From IMG/VR virus record IMGVR_UViG_3300036668_000241, positions 1 through 64,000 of that record: a stretch of 64,000 nucleotides of DNA; one strand, 5' to 3'. The position numbers and the translations under genes were made by a program. The notes beneath the pieces were generated by a model that was given only the letters and a program-made list of their open reading frames with translations, was not told the DNA's origin and searched no databases. Shown here piece after piece: positions 1 to 10,444 of this stretch; position 1 is the stretch's first letter; each line of letters starts with the position of its first letter. The stretch comes from a virus.

Positions 1-1340
1 TCAGTTCCAACACCCACACGAACAGGGGTACTCGCTGCACTAGCAGACAAAAGATCACCCTTGGTAGTAAACACAGTCTTAGCGACAACATCCGAACTGT
101 TGGCTTTATCGGAAAGGTCAGAAACAACGATAGCCCCTTGCATACTGCTGTGGAATTGGCACGCATAGTAAAGATTTGCAGGTGCATCGAAAGGGACTTC
201 AAAAATAATAGTGCCCACAGCGGCTCCATTATTCGTCACGCCAGTGCTATAGATATTGCCTGAGCTGTATGCTCCAGGAACTGTTTGAATCCAAAATGGA
301 TGGCCAGAGGCATTAATATTAAAAATGTAACGATGACCACGAGTAAGGACAAGTGTTGGGTTGCTTGCACCATTAATAACATAGTTATCAGAGCCACTAT
401 TTGTTATTGTATAGGTAACAGCACCGGCTGGACCTGTAGGTCCTGAAGGACCTAATGCTCCAGTTGGACCGGTTACTCCAGCAGGACCAGTAGCACCCGT
501 TTCGCCGTTTGCTCCTACAGGTCCTGTGGGACCTTCAACACCCGTAGCTCCAGTAGGTCCTGTCGGACCACTTCCTGGGCCAGTCGGACCCAGAGGACCA
601 GTGGGTCCTGTAGAACCAGTACCTACAGGCCCAGTAGGTCCTGTTGAACCAGTGGGTCCAAGTGGTCCAACAAAAGGTCCAACGTCATACCATTCTTGGT
701 TAAGGTCAGACCACACATACAAATCGTTTCCAATAATGTATGCGTCCCCGATATTACCTACAGGAACGTCTCCCTCAAGGAATTCAAGAGTTGCGTAGGA
801 CCCCAAAACAGAGACACCTGATCCCTGAGAACCCGTGGGTCCTGTCGGTCCTACCCCTCCAAGAGGCCCAGTCGGTCCGGTAGGACCATCGCCAACATAA
901 GCAACTTGTTGCCACTCGTTTCCGGTGTAAAACTCAATTTCCCCAGTATCAGTGTCAATCCAAATATCTCCAACTTCAGAGAAGTCGGGGCGAACTTGGC
1001 TGTAAGTAATATTAGAGTTTCCTGCATTCTCGTATGCCAAAGACGCGGAAAAAGCAATATCACTTGTGCTACTAGCTACAATAATTTGATCGCCAACATC
1101 TACAGCAAATCTAAAGGTCTCAAAGACTTGCCCACCAGATACAGTCAAGCTAGACGCCTGATACACCCGAACTGTTTCAGAGCCTCCACCACTTGCTGGG
1201 TCTATGTAAATGGTGACAAAGGCTTCGTTCAGACTTTTGTTTGAGGCGATAACAGAAGCAACTCCTGTTGTATCAACAGTAGTAAGAGTAGTAGCTTGAG
1301 CTGCTAAAGGAGTAACTGCTCCAAGTCTTTTTACAGGCAT
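1..1340 (-). CDS. Collagen-like virion fibre protein with cupredoxin-like domain (runs off left edge)
   Basis: Not in ORF track (truncated). ATG at 1340 overlaps the upstream stop. Translates MPVKRLGAV...FETFRFA..., then GPT repeats, then HPFWI...[11 protein letters not shown]; frame open to the window edge. Confidence 0.8.
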   Translation of the reverse strand, partial: MPVKRLGAVTPLAAQATTLTTVDTTGVASVIASNKSLNEAFVTIYIDPASGGGSETVRVYQASSLTVSGGQVFETFRFAVDVGDQIIVASSTSDIAFSASLAYENAGNSNITYSQVRPDFSEVGDIWIDTDTGEIEFYTGNEWQQVAYVGDGPTGPTGPLGGVGPTGPTGSQGSGVSVLGSYATLEFLEGDVPVGNIGDAYIIGNDLYVWSDLNQEWYDVGPFVGPLGPTGSTGPTGPVGTGSTGPTGPLGPTGPGSGPTGPTGATGVEGPTGPVGANGETGATGPAGVTGPTGALGPSGPTGPAGAVTYTITNSGSDNYVINGASNPTLVLTRGHRYIFNINASGHPFWIQTVPGAYSSGNIYSTGVTNNGAAVGTIIFEVPFDAPANLYYACQFHSSMQGAIVVSDLSDKANSSDVVAKTVFTTKGDLLSASAASTPVRVGVGT

Positions 1341-1864
1341 TATTCGGTTACCGTTACCCTTCTCCATCCTTGAGATGTGTAGACCTCAAGTGTATCAAAT
1401 TCAGTGTTGAACCGAACATATCCTACCTCAGGTGAGGGATTTCTAAAAGCAGTAAGTCCTTTATCCAAAATTATTGTGTTATCTACTCCCCGAATAATTT
1501 TATTGGTAAAGGTTTGTGGTAGTCCTGCTTGATCTACAACGTCGTCTTGAAGAAGTCCATTGGCGCTAAAAGAAGCTTCTCCATTAGAGCTTCGTATGAT
1601 GAGAGTGTCTCCTGGGTTGGTAGCAAATCTAAATGTTTCGAATGTACCTCCCACGCCAAGTATAATATTTGATGCTAAATACGCATACTGACTGTCTAGT
1701 GTTGCTCCCGATGGGACAAGATATATTGTAGCTTTTGTCACAGGGGTAGCCGTGATTGCTGTGTTTGTAACAATTACTGAAACTAAATAGTGAGCGGTAA
1801 ATGAAACCAGAGGAGTGCTTACGTTTTGCTCTGGTTGACTTACTCCAAGACGTACGATTGCCAT
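1340..1864 (-). CDS. Virion structural protein, paralogous to the N-terminal domain of the downstream fibre
   Basis: ORF 1340..1894; likely start MAIVRLG at 1864 after GGAGG. Shares the FETFRFA motif with the next gene. Confidence 0.7.
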   Translation of the reverse strand: MAIVRLGVSQPEQNVSTPLVSFTAHYLVSVIVTNTAITATPVTKATIYLVPSGATLDSQYAYLASNIILGVGGTFETFRFATNPGDTLIIRSSNGEASFSANGLLQDDVVDQAGLPQTFTNKIIRGVDNTIILDKGLTAFRNPSPEVGYVRFNTEFDTLEVYTSQGWRRVTVTE

Positions 1865-1872
1865 AGTGCCTC

Positions 1873-4800
1873 CTACGCCTGGGCCTCGGACCATGACATC
1901 TTAGCGGAACTGAGCGTCTCGTTTCCTGTGAGACGAGCTACCGCAATAGTGATGATGTCAGGACCATCTGGGAATACTGAGTCGCCGCCAAGAATTGAGT
2001 TTGATAGTTCGAACAGATCACTAACGCTAACCGTAGTGGACTGCTCTTCTCCTTGGTTTCCAGAAGCCTTGAAGTTGTAGACCTGAACACCTCCAGAAAC
2101 AGTGTCGTTAGATGTATGTTCAATTACCTGAACCAATGACGGTGCATCTACTCCAACAAAGTTAAGGTTGTTGAGTCGTCCATTGAGAAGCAACTTAACG
2201 TCAATCAGTTGGTTGCTCTGAACTCCAATTTCGTTCAGTCTCAACTGCATTCGGTTAATAATGTCTCGATCTCCAAGCTTTCCGGTTAAACCTTCTGAAA
2301 CAGAAGGGCTGAGACGGAGAGAAAGAAGCGGCTGGTAGTTGGCACCAGAGGTGTTGTTTAAGGTTCCAGCTGGTGACAATCGATATGTTGACTGTGAGTT
2401 TCCAGAGTTAAGGAAGTCAATAACGTTATTGAGTGCCAGTGATCCTACTCCTGGGTTGTAGCCCGTGAAAGAGAAAGTAAAGTTAAAATTACGATACGTA
2501 AATGTCGTAGCTCCAGTACTGGTAATTTGATGTACACCGTTAACTGCTTGATGCAGAACGTTAGTAGTTGGTACGTAGACAAAAATCCATTGATTAGTGC
2601 TGAATCCGTGAGCAGCTGACGTAGTAACGCTTACTGTAAATCCTGACTTTGAAATACTTGTAATTGTTGGAGCGGATACTTCAGAAGAAGCTTCGGTGTT
2701 AAGCAAAGCAATGTTGTTAGAATCAAGAACTCTTGTAAAGTACAATGCTTCGTTTTGTAGATTGTTAAACGCATTCAATCCAACAGTTCTTGTGACAGGG
2801 TTTTGAGTATTAACCTGTGGAAGACCGTTTGTTCCAATTCCCAGGAATTGAACAGCATCTCCAGTTGCAAATCCGTGAGACGGAATATTGATAACGTCGT
2901 ATCGAGCGTCTAAAGCAGTTGATCCAAACGTCTTTGAAGTAGTTCCACCAATATTCAGAGTCTGGCTAGACTTGGTAAACAAGTACGCCTTGTCATCGTC
3001 AAATCTACCGTCCATGATGACCGATGTTCCCCAGTGGAACAATGATGGAATGTATGACGGATTATCGAATGTCGTGACTTCGTATCGAGCCGGAAGGTTA
3101 CCGGATCGGAAGTAAGACTCGAATTGAATGTTGTTATGAGTAAACTCATGTGTGTACTGGACTTCACCGTTTGTAGTCTTAAAACCAAAGCGAATTTTTC
3201 CAGCGCCGTACCATGAATAGTCCATGTAGATCATTTGAATCTTAGAAAGATCAAGATCGTATCCTGTAGGACCAGTCCCATCACATGGGTCAATAGACCA
3301 GTCTTCTTGAGGAACTTTTGTATCAATTGTCTTTGTTGCAATAATTCCAGTCTTAGCGGGAGTAAACGAGTGAGGAGCACCTGTTCCTGTAGAAGAAATA
3401 CTTACAGTTGTTAGCGTGTTTGGAGACGGCTTTAGCCTAAACGTATTACTACTAATAACGTCAACGTAATACGTACGACCGTTTACCATTCCTCCGATAG
3501 GATTACCGTCAATAGAGTTATATATAACTGGAATATTTTGTGTATATCCATGACTAATAATTGTATATATATTTGTAGACGGATTAACTACCGTTGTAGG
3601 ATTAAACTCTTGCTCATTACCTGAAGCGCCCTTGTACTCAGGCTTAATAGTAAGTCTAGAGTCTGAAAGAATGTTAGCAACCTTGTATGTCATACCTCGC
3701 AGGACGATACTGTCTCCGGCCTCCACCTGCGTAGTAAAACTGGTGTTAGTGCCAAACACAAACTCTGATCCCTTAAGAGCAGCTAAAGTTCCAGCAATCT
3801 GCTGTGTTGAAGAGCGACGAACTGCGTAAAGTTTTTGACCATCAAACTCGTAAAACATTCCGTTTTGAAAGTCAAACATACCTGCTCGGAGGGCTCCATT
3901 TTGCCATGCATCAACATGAAGCCTTGGGAACCCATATGCTTTCGACTCATTGATGTTATTGGTAGCAATAACTGTGAGATTGAATGAGTCAATAACAGAA
4001 ACCTGAAAAGTCCCATTAAAGACCTGAGAAATAACTTCACTAGAATCCAAAGCATCATCAATACGACAAGACAATCCATTTATTAAACCGTGGGGTCTAC
4101 GAGTCCGAATCTGAATAACATTTGATGAACCAACTTGGAAGGCTGCTTCAATGTCGATACTAGGCTTAAAGTTAATAGCCGCAGATGTCTGAATACCTTT
4201 ACCTGACTGGTAACGGAAGTACTTACGAGTCTGGCGAATAATAGAGCCATACCATGTTCCAGATCCTGTGGACATTTCTACGCCGCCGTCAAATGGACGA
4301 TGCAGTGAGTATCCCTGAGGACGGACATACACAAAGGTTGGATATGAATAGGCAATGTCTATGTATTCAGATGTGTATGATCTGTCTACAGTAATTTGAC
4401 TATCCGAACCGATAGCAGCAATAGTTCTCACAATTGGCGGTGCTGCAGTTATTTTTCCTACGTAAAGCTGCAGTCCTGACCCTTGATTAGAAAAGTCTAC
4501 AGCGTTTGTTCCAGCGATAGCCTCTGTTCTTAAGTTGTGAAGTGTTACTTGATTACTACTAGATGTCGTAACAGTTCCCGTTACTACAGCATTACCAATA
4601 TTTCCACCAAAAGACACTACTCTAAATTGGGTAGCGCTGACAATAGATCGAACAACGTGTAGTCCGTTGAATACTTCTGGGTTTACTCCAGTAATGTCAG
4701 CTACGGTTATTACGTTTCCAACTTGATAGTTGTGATTTGCAGACGTAGTAAACGTAATTTGATTGCTTGTTCTATCTCTAGCAGTCAGGTTAAGTACTGT

Positions 4801-7800
4801 TTCATCTGGAAGTCTATTGATGTAGTAGTAGTAACCCTCAACCAGAGGACTTGGAGCAACACCACCACTTCCGGATTGCTCTGCAAGACCAGAGGTCTGT
4901 GGCTCTGTAGAAAGGGTCAAAGATGTAGAGGCAACGTAAGTAAAGGTTGTAGTGTTTGACACGCTTATTGTGTACGTGCCTACAAACTCACTTACGGAAG
5001 AGCTACTAAGACCACTAATAATTACTGTATTTCCAGTAGTAAATCCATGAAGCTCGCCAGTGACAATTGTTCTGGTAGTGCCGGAGCTGGCAATAGTAAA
5101 GATTTCTCTACGACGACCCCCACTTCCAGGATTAAAGATTACTGAATCTCCTGTAATAAATGGGTGATTGTCCAACGATACGATGTCAGTTGACGTGTCT
5201 ACGTCTGTTGACTCAAAGTAAGACTTAGTTTCTGTGTCCTGTGGGAATAATCGGAATCTGTCGCCCACCTTCAGAATCTTGGAAAAGTCTGTACCGTCTC
5301 CAGTCACCAGAACAGAGTCAATTTCAGTAGAAACTGTTCCTGTTCCAGTAATTTGACCGTTAATTTGAAATGAGGTAAAGGTGTGATTAGTACCTGCACC
5401 GTAGCTAATAAGAATTACATCTACACCTGATGCTGCTTCTTCGGCAGTCCCTGCTAGATGAAAATAATCCTTGTTAATAACAATAACAAAATAATCTTCT
5501 GCGTCTGTTAGCCCACCAATATCCGTTCCGCCCTCAGATGAGTACGTAACTTTAGTTCCCGTAAGGAACCCATGTGAAGGAACTTTTATACTATTTTCGG
5601 TGAGATCCACCGTAAATCTTGGGTTAAATGTTTTAACAATTTCTGGAACAGACCCATTTGCTAGTACCTCAAAAGTATTTGCATTTGGAACGTTTGTAAT
5701 TGTGTACGTTCCGTCAGGAGTTCTGATGAGAGACTTTAATATATGACGTCCAGTAGGTATTGTTACTCTGGTCAAATCAATAGCAATACCGTTTGTTGCA
5801 TTATTAGATGTATTAGCAAGTTTTAATGTATTTCCATCTACAGGAATTGTATAGTATGGAGTAGCTGTAGTAAGGCCACCTATTTCTGTTTCTCCACCAG
5901 TGTCGTACTCAACTAGTTCACCTAGCGAGAATCCATGATCAGGGATAGTAATCGTATTGTTGTCATAATCAATTGATGTCGTAATAATTTCTTGACTACC
6001 AATTCCAACATTAGTAATATCAGGGAATACTGTTAAAGCTGAATCAGAAGCAAGTCTGATAATGCTGTCATCTAGTTTTTGTACATAGTACGTGTCTCTG
6101 TTATTAAGGCCACCAATTTTTGTATTGGAGTCTAGGGATGCAATATACCCACCAGATGCAACTTCTACAAGCTCTACAAATCCTGTTTTGATTGTCTTGG
6201 GAACTGTATTGAGCGTAGTAGTTCCAGTAGCAACAGCCGACTGAACTGTCTGTACTTGAATTGTTCCAGTTACTGAGGCACCTGCTACAGTACCTGAATC
6301 CGGAGTAAAGAATTGGACTCGGTTAGCTGCAGGAATTGCAGTAATTACATGAGTTCCATTGAAAACTTCCGGGCTTGCGCCAGATATATTACTAATGGTT
6401 ATGCTGTTACCGACTCGCAGATTATGAGTTGTATTAAAGGTAATATCAGCAACGTTTACTGATCTGCTTCTTGACGTTACAGTGAATGTAGTGACGTTTA
6501 CTTGAGGAATTCTACTGACTGTAAAGGATCTGACAGTGGGAACAGAGGCAACTACGTAAGTTCCGTTAAAAATGTTTGGATTATCTGCAGAAATACTAGA
6601 AATAGTTACAGTACTTCCTACTTCAAATCCGTGATCAAATCTAGTATTGTACAAAGAAACAGTGTGTGATAGGAGTTCTCTTTCAGATATTGCTCTTTGG
6701 TACGTAGGAATAGACATTCTAATCTGACGAGGGGCAATGATAGAACCTGAAGCTCCAACGTTAGTGACAGTTCCTGATGTAGGAGTAGTAAAACGAACTC
6801 GGTTAGTTGCAGGAACTTCGGTAATTGTCCATGTTCCATTAAATATCTGAGGCTGCTGAGAACAGTTTGCAATACGAATTATTTCGCCAACATCAAGCGA
6901 GTGTGTGGTATTAAACGTTACATCTGCAACGTTACCTGATCTATTAACTGCAGATACGCTGAAGCTAGGAACTGTATTGAGAACTCTGGCCCTACGCATC
7001 AAACCTGTAACCGTTTGACGTGAGACAGTTATAGCTGTATCAGCATTATAGGTAAAAGTGGTGGCATTAGGCACACCAGAAACAATTAAATCACCAATAA
7101 ATTGACTACTGTCAGGTCCAGTAAGGTCTAATATACGTACTCTATCACTAGTGCTAAGTTGATGAGGATTATCTGTGTAGACAGTTCTTACAGTTCCAGA
7201 GCTTTCTCTGTCAATAATTCCTGTCTCGGAAGCAAAAAACATATTATCGTTACCAGAAACATTACGGAGATGCGTCCAGTTAGTGACACTTGACTCCATG
7301 TTGTGCTCTTCTGCGGTATTAATCCACAGGTTTGTATTACTGAAAAGTCTAACGTCTTGAAGTGATTTGTTGTTTCCTGCTGCCAAAAAGTTAAATGTAG
7401 TAGAGTTTGGAATAAAATCAACAACATAAGTTCCGTTAAACACATCCCTATTGGGACCAGTCATATTATTTATGTTTACTCGGTCGCCAACCTGAAGATT
7501 GTGACTAGCATTTGTATTGATTTGACCTCGGGTGCGTCTGGTCAAGTTTCTGTTGTTGATGTAGTTTCCGATAAGAGAAGTAAACCCAATAACATCAAAC
7601 TCTTGTGACTGGTTGTAGTTTGATTGAGGTAGTGGGTACCTAAATCTTGTGGAGCTTTCTATGTTATCAATTTGAGCAATCTGATGTACAGTGGCATTAG
7701 AGCTTAAAATATTTTCAGTCGAAATGGTGATCGACTCTTCCAGGTTAACTCCGCCATCAGCTCTTTGAGTTCCAACATATGTGAACTGATTGCTATTCTG

Positions 7801-10404
7801 TACGCCATTGATGTAGTACTCACCATTAAAGTACTGTCCGAACGGAGCGGGAACTCCCTCGACTAGAATAAGATATCCGCTTGGAAGGTTGTGGGGACGA
7901 TCAGTAACAATAGTCCTTGTCGTACCTGAGGATCTAATGCTTCTTAGTGTGAGTTTTCTAGTTTCGGTTACGTAGTCCCACTCGGAGTTTCTTATAGTGG
8001 TTACTCCTGATGGGGCATTTGTCGTACTAACTGTGAAGTTTTCTTCGCCAGTATATGTAAACTCGTTTGAAGTTGGAATACTTGTTACAAGGAATCCGCC
8101 ATTAAATCGTAGATTACTTGCTCCAGTAAAGCCTTCAACTTCAACCCACATGCCTGTTTGTAAGTTGTGAGTTGCTCCGGTGGTAAGGCGACGTGTCTGC
8201 CCCGAACTTGAGAATTGATTTACCGTCAGACTTGGAGTAGATATGGCCGGGCGAGAGAATTGATCAAATGTAACTCTTTGATTAGTGACCAGACCATGTG
8301 GGGTTGTTGTTGTTATATATCTATAAATACCGCTGCTCACAAAAACGCCTGCGATCTCAAGGTCTCTAGACTTTGCGTATACAACGGTCTGGCCTGACAC
8401 ATAGCCGTGGCTTGGCAAGTAGATAGAGTCTTCAAGAAGGTTAACAACAGTAAAGATAAAACTATGACCAGTTCCTGTTCCTGCAGTTTGCAGGTCAATT
8501 TCAGGACCATTAAGAGACTGACTTAGTTTAAATCTATTCTCATCAACAACTTCTTTAATGTAATAAGTAGCATTGTTTTGAAGAAGAACAACGTTAGTTC
8601 CTCCACCATTTGAGTATCTAACAGGCTGATTTGTTAAGAACCCGTGGTTAGGGATAGTTATTGTATTTGTGGAAATGTTTACAACAACACTACGGAATCC
8701 TTCAACACTTGCAGCGGAAGGACCTCTAAGATTTACCGTTGTAAAATCGGGATCAGGAGTAAGGCTTAGTTTGAAAGTGTAACTGTCTACGAGCTCTACA
8801 TAATAGACAGTAGATTGATTTAGATCTGCTACAGGAGTGCCTGTGTGGAAATAAGTAATTGCTTCTCCATTGAACAGACCATGTGGAGATGTTGTGTTAA
8901 TAGTTTCTCCGACGGTGTCTATTGTAAGAGGAACTAAAGCGTGAAAAGAATTTCCATTTTGTGAAACTTCTACTGCAGCCACGTCATTGGCAGCATCTTC
9001 TGCTGTTTCATGAAGTGTAAATCCAAACACAGAAGACTCAACTAGCTCAACAAAAACTTCACCCTCTACAGCACCAGTATTGTAGGCCGAAAGGTTTGTA
9101 ATTGACTGACCAAGAATTGTCGTTGAGTTTTCATAAAATCCACTAGATGTGGCAACGTTTGTTGCGGTTGGGAAAATATACGAACCGCCACCGCCACCAA
9201 CAGTTGACGAAGCTGTAGCGTTTGTTGCTCCACCACCGTACCCTCCAGCACCACCAGAGGATCCCCTGACTTGACCGTCCGACCCACCGCCTCCACCAAA
9301 GCCACCCCACGCGGAAGAAGTTCCTCCAGAAAATCCTCCTAGAAGACCGTTATTGAACCCGCCGCCTCCGCCGCCCACAGATGAGTTTCCTCCAGCCGAG
9401 AAAAAGCCACCGCCACCACCACCAGCGTTAATTCCTCCAGCACCGTTTCCGTTCTGTCCGCCTGTATATCCCTGAGCAGACGTTCCACCAATGGTGGTGA
9501 GTACGCCGTCACGCCCGCTATTAGCAGCTGCAGAAGAAGAACCACCGCCAGCAATAAAAAGTGGGATATTTCCTGCTTTACGAACTACAAAAGTTCCACC
9601 AGAGCTTGCGGCCCAAGCGAGGTTATTTGGAGGCAATTCTCCACGTTGCCCTACGGCAACAGTAATAGTTTCTCCTTTGTTAAGTCTAATACGTCCCTTA
9701 ACAATCGCTCCACCCCCAGGAAGTGATTGTCCTTGACGACCAGGGGATCCTTTGACGGTAAACTCATAAATTCCATCTGTGGGAACAGTCCAGTCCTGAT
9801 AGCCTTGATAAGATCCTTGAGCAAGGTAGTTTGTGGCCCAGGAAGCTCCGCCAGATGTGTAAGAGCTTTTAAGTTGACTAATAGTTGGACCTGTACGTCC
9901 AGTAGACCCAGCAGTGGTAAATGTATGTGACGTAAAAGTGTAGAGAGAAGATCCTCCAAGACCAGTAAGAAGGTTTTTTACGTAGTAAACCTGACCGGAC
10001 TGAATGCCATTTATTGGGTTCCCGGAGGTCAAATACCTGACTGCTTGTTGGTTTTTATAAGAGACAAAAGAGATATTAAACTGATTGTTAAAGACAAAGG
10101 GAAAGTTAAACGTAGAAGAGCCTGGAGAGAAATTAGTAATGTCAATAGGATCACCATCAGGTTCATCAGTAAACTGTATGGAAAATCCATCACTTAAGGT
10201 GTAATAGACCTCTCCTGAAGTGATTCCCGTTAAATCTCCTGTAGTTTCACGGAATACCCACGCAGTGTTGTTCGTAACCTCTGTAGGGTACGCCGTCCCA
10301 GCATCCCTGTTGGGGAAATAGATAAAGTCCTCGTCAAGGTTTACATTCACCTTTTGAAGGCTGTGTGTGCCTGCTCCACCTACGGCAGTAATATTGATTG
10401 CCAT
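1873..10404 (-). CDS. Giant (2843 aa) virion structural / tail-associated protein with repeated HG-containing beta modules and a glycine-rich domain
   Basis: Many repeats of the ITIPxHGF..G..V.Y and TxxxHxLxxGxxV types. Segment WTVPTDGIY...GGGAIVKG...GQRG...FIAGGG resembles the ALK/LTK-type glycine-rich domain. Confidence 0.75.
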   Translation of the reverse strand: MAINITAVGGAGTHSLQKVNVNLDEDFIYFPNRDAGTAYPTEVTNNTAWVFRETTGDLTGITSGEVYYTLSDGFSIQFTDEPDGDPIDITNFSPGSSTFNFPFVFNNQFNISFVSYKNQQAVRYLTSGNPINGIQSGQVYYVKNLLTGLGGSSLYTFTSHTFTTAGSTGRTGPTISQLKSSYTSGGASWATNYLAQGSYQGYQDWTVPTDGIYEFTVKGSPGRQGQSLPGGGAIVKGRIRLNKGETITVAVGQRGELPPNNLAWAASSGGTFVVRKAGNIPLFIAGGGSSSAAANSGRDGVLTTIGGTSAQGYTGGQNGNGAGGINAGGGGGGFFSAGGNSSVGGGGGGFNNGLLGGFSGGTSSAWGGFGGGGGSDGQVRGSSGGAGGYGGGATNATASSTVGGGGGSYIFPTATNVATSSGFYENSTTILGQSITNLSAYNTGAVEGEVFVELVESSVFGFTLHETAEDAANDVAAVEVSQNGNSFHALVPLTIDTVGETINTTSPHGLFNGEAITYFHTGTPVADLNQSTVYYVELVDSYTFKLSLTPDPDFTTVNLRGPSAASVEGFRSVVVNISTNTITIPNHGFLTNQPVRYSNGGGTNVVLLQNNATYYIKEVVDENRFKLSQSLNGPEIDLQTAGTGTGHSFIFTVVNLLEDSIYLPSHGYVSGQTVVYAKSRDLEIAGVFVSSGIYRYITTTTPHGLVTNQRVTFDQFSRPAISTPSLTVNQFSSSGQTRRLTTGATHNLQTGMWVEVEGFTGASNLRFNGGFLVTSIPTSNEFTYTGEENFTVSTTNAPSGVTTIRNSEWDYVTETRKLTLRSIRSSGTTRTIVTDRPHNLPSGYLILVEGVPAPFGQYFNGEYYINGVQNSNQFTYVGTQRADGGVNLEESITISTENILSSNATVHQIAQIDNIESSTRFRYPLPQSNYNQSQEFDVIGFTSLIGNYINNRNLTRRTRGQINTNASHNLQVGDRVNINNMTGPNRDVFNGTYVVDFIPNSTTFNFLAAGNNKSLQDVRLFSNTNLWINTAEEHNMESSVTNWTHLRNVSGNDNMFFASETGIIDRESSGTVRTVYTDNPHQLSTSDRVRILDLTGPDSSQFIGDLIVSGVPNATTFTYNADTAITVSRQTVTGLMRRARVLNTVPSFSVSAVNRSGNVADVTFNTTHSLDVGEIIRIANCSQQPQIFNGTWTITEVPATNRVRFTTPTSGTVTNVGASGSIIAPRQIRMSIPTYQRAISERELLSHTVSLYNTRFDHGFEVGSTVTISSISADNPNIFNGTYVVASVPTVRSFTVSRIPQVNVTTFTVTSRSRSVNVADITFNTTHNLRVGNSITISNISGASPEVFNGTHVITAIPAANRVQFFTPDSGTVAGASVTGTIQVQTVQSAVATGTTTLNTVPKTIKTGFVELVEVASGGYIASLDSNTKIGGLNNRDTYYVQKLDDSIIRLASDSALTVFPDITNVGIGSQEIITTSIDYDNNTITIPDHGFSLGELVEYDTGGETEIGGLTTATPYYTIPVDGNTLKLANTSNNATNGIAIDLTRVTIPTGRHILKSLIRTPDGTYTITNVPNANTFEVLANGSVPEIVKTFNPRFTVDLTENSIKVPSHGFLTGTKVTYSSEGGTDIGGLTDAEDYFVIVINKDYFHLAGTAEEAASGVDVILISYGAGTNHTFTSFQINGQITGTGTVSTEIDSVLVTGDGTDFSKILKVGDRFRLFPQDTETKSYFESTDVDTSTDIVSLDNHPFITGDSVIFNPGSGGRRREIFTIASSGTTRTIVTGELHGFTTGNTVIISGLSSSSVSEFVGTYTISVSNTTTFTYVASTSLTLSTEPQTSGLAEQSGSGGVAPSPLVEGYYYYINRLPDETVLNLTARDRTSNQITFTTSANHNYQVGNVITVADITGVNPEVFNGLHVVRSIVSATQFRVVSFGGNIGNAVVTGTVTTSSSNQVTLHNLRTEAIAGTNAVDFSNQGSGLQLYVGKITAAPPIVRTIAAIGSDSQITVDRSYTSEYIDIAYSYPTFVYVRPQGYSLHRPFDGGVEMSTGSGTWYGSIIRQTRKYFRYQSGKGIQTSAAINFKPSIDIEAAFQVGSSNVIQIRTRRPHGLINGLSCRIDDALDSSEVISQVFNGTFQVSVIDSFNLTVIATNNINESKAYGFPRLHVDAWQNGALRAGMFDFQNGMFYEFDGQKLYAVRRSSTQQIAGTLAALKGSEFVFGTNTSFTTQVEAGDSIVLRGMTYKVANILSDSRLTIKPEYKGASGNEQEFNPTTVVNPSTNIYTIISHGYTQNIPVIYNSIDGNPIGGMVNGRTYYVDVISSNTFRLKPSPNTLTTVSISSTGTGAPHSFTPAKTGIIATKTIDTKVPQEDWSIDPCDGTGPTGYDLDLSKIQMIYMDYSWYGAGKIRFGFKTTNGEVQYTHEFTHNNIQFESYFRSGNLPARYEVTTFDNPSYIPSLFHWGTSVIMDGRFDDDKAYLFTKSSQTLNIGGTTSKTFGSTALDARYDVINIPSHGFATGDAVQFLGIGTNGLPQVNTQNPVTRTVGLNAFNNLQNEALYFTRVLDSNNIALLNTEASSEVSAPTITSISKSGFTVSVTTSAAHGFSTNQWIFVYVPTTNVLHQAVNGVHQITSTGATTFTYRNFNFTFSFTGYNPGVGSLALNNVIDFLNSGNSQSTYRLSPAGTLNNTSGANYQPLLSLRLSPSVSEGLTGKLGDRDIINRMQLRLNEIGVQSNQLIDVKLLLNGRLNNLNFVGVDAPSLVQVIEHTSNDTVSGGVQVYNFKASGNQGEEQSTTVSVSDLFELSNSILGGDSVFPDGPDIITIAVARLTGNETLSSAKMSWSEAQA

Positions 10405-10444
10405 CTACAAAAAACTCCTTTTCGACAATTGCATTCTACCGTAG

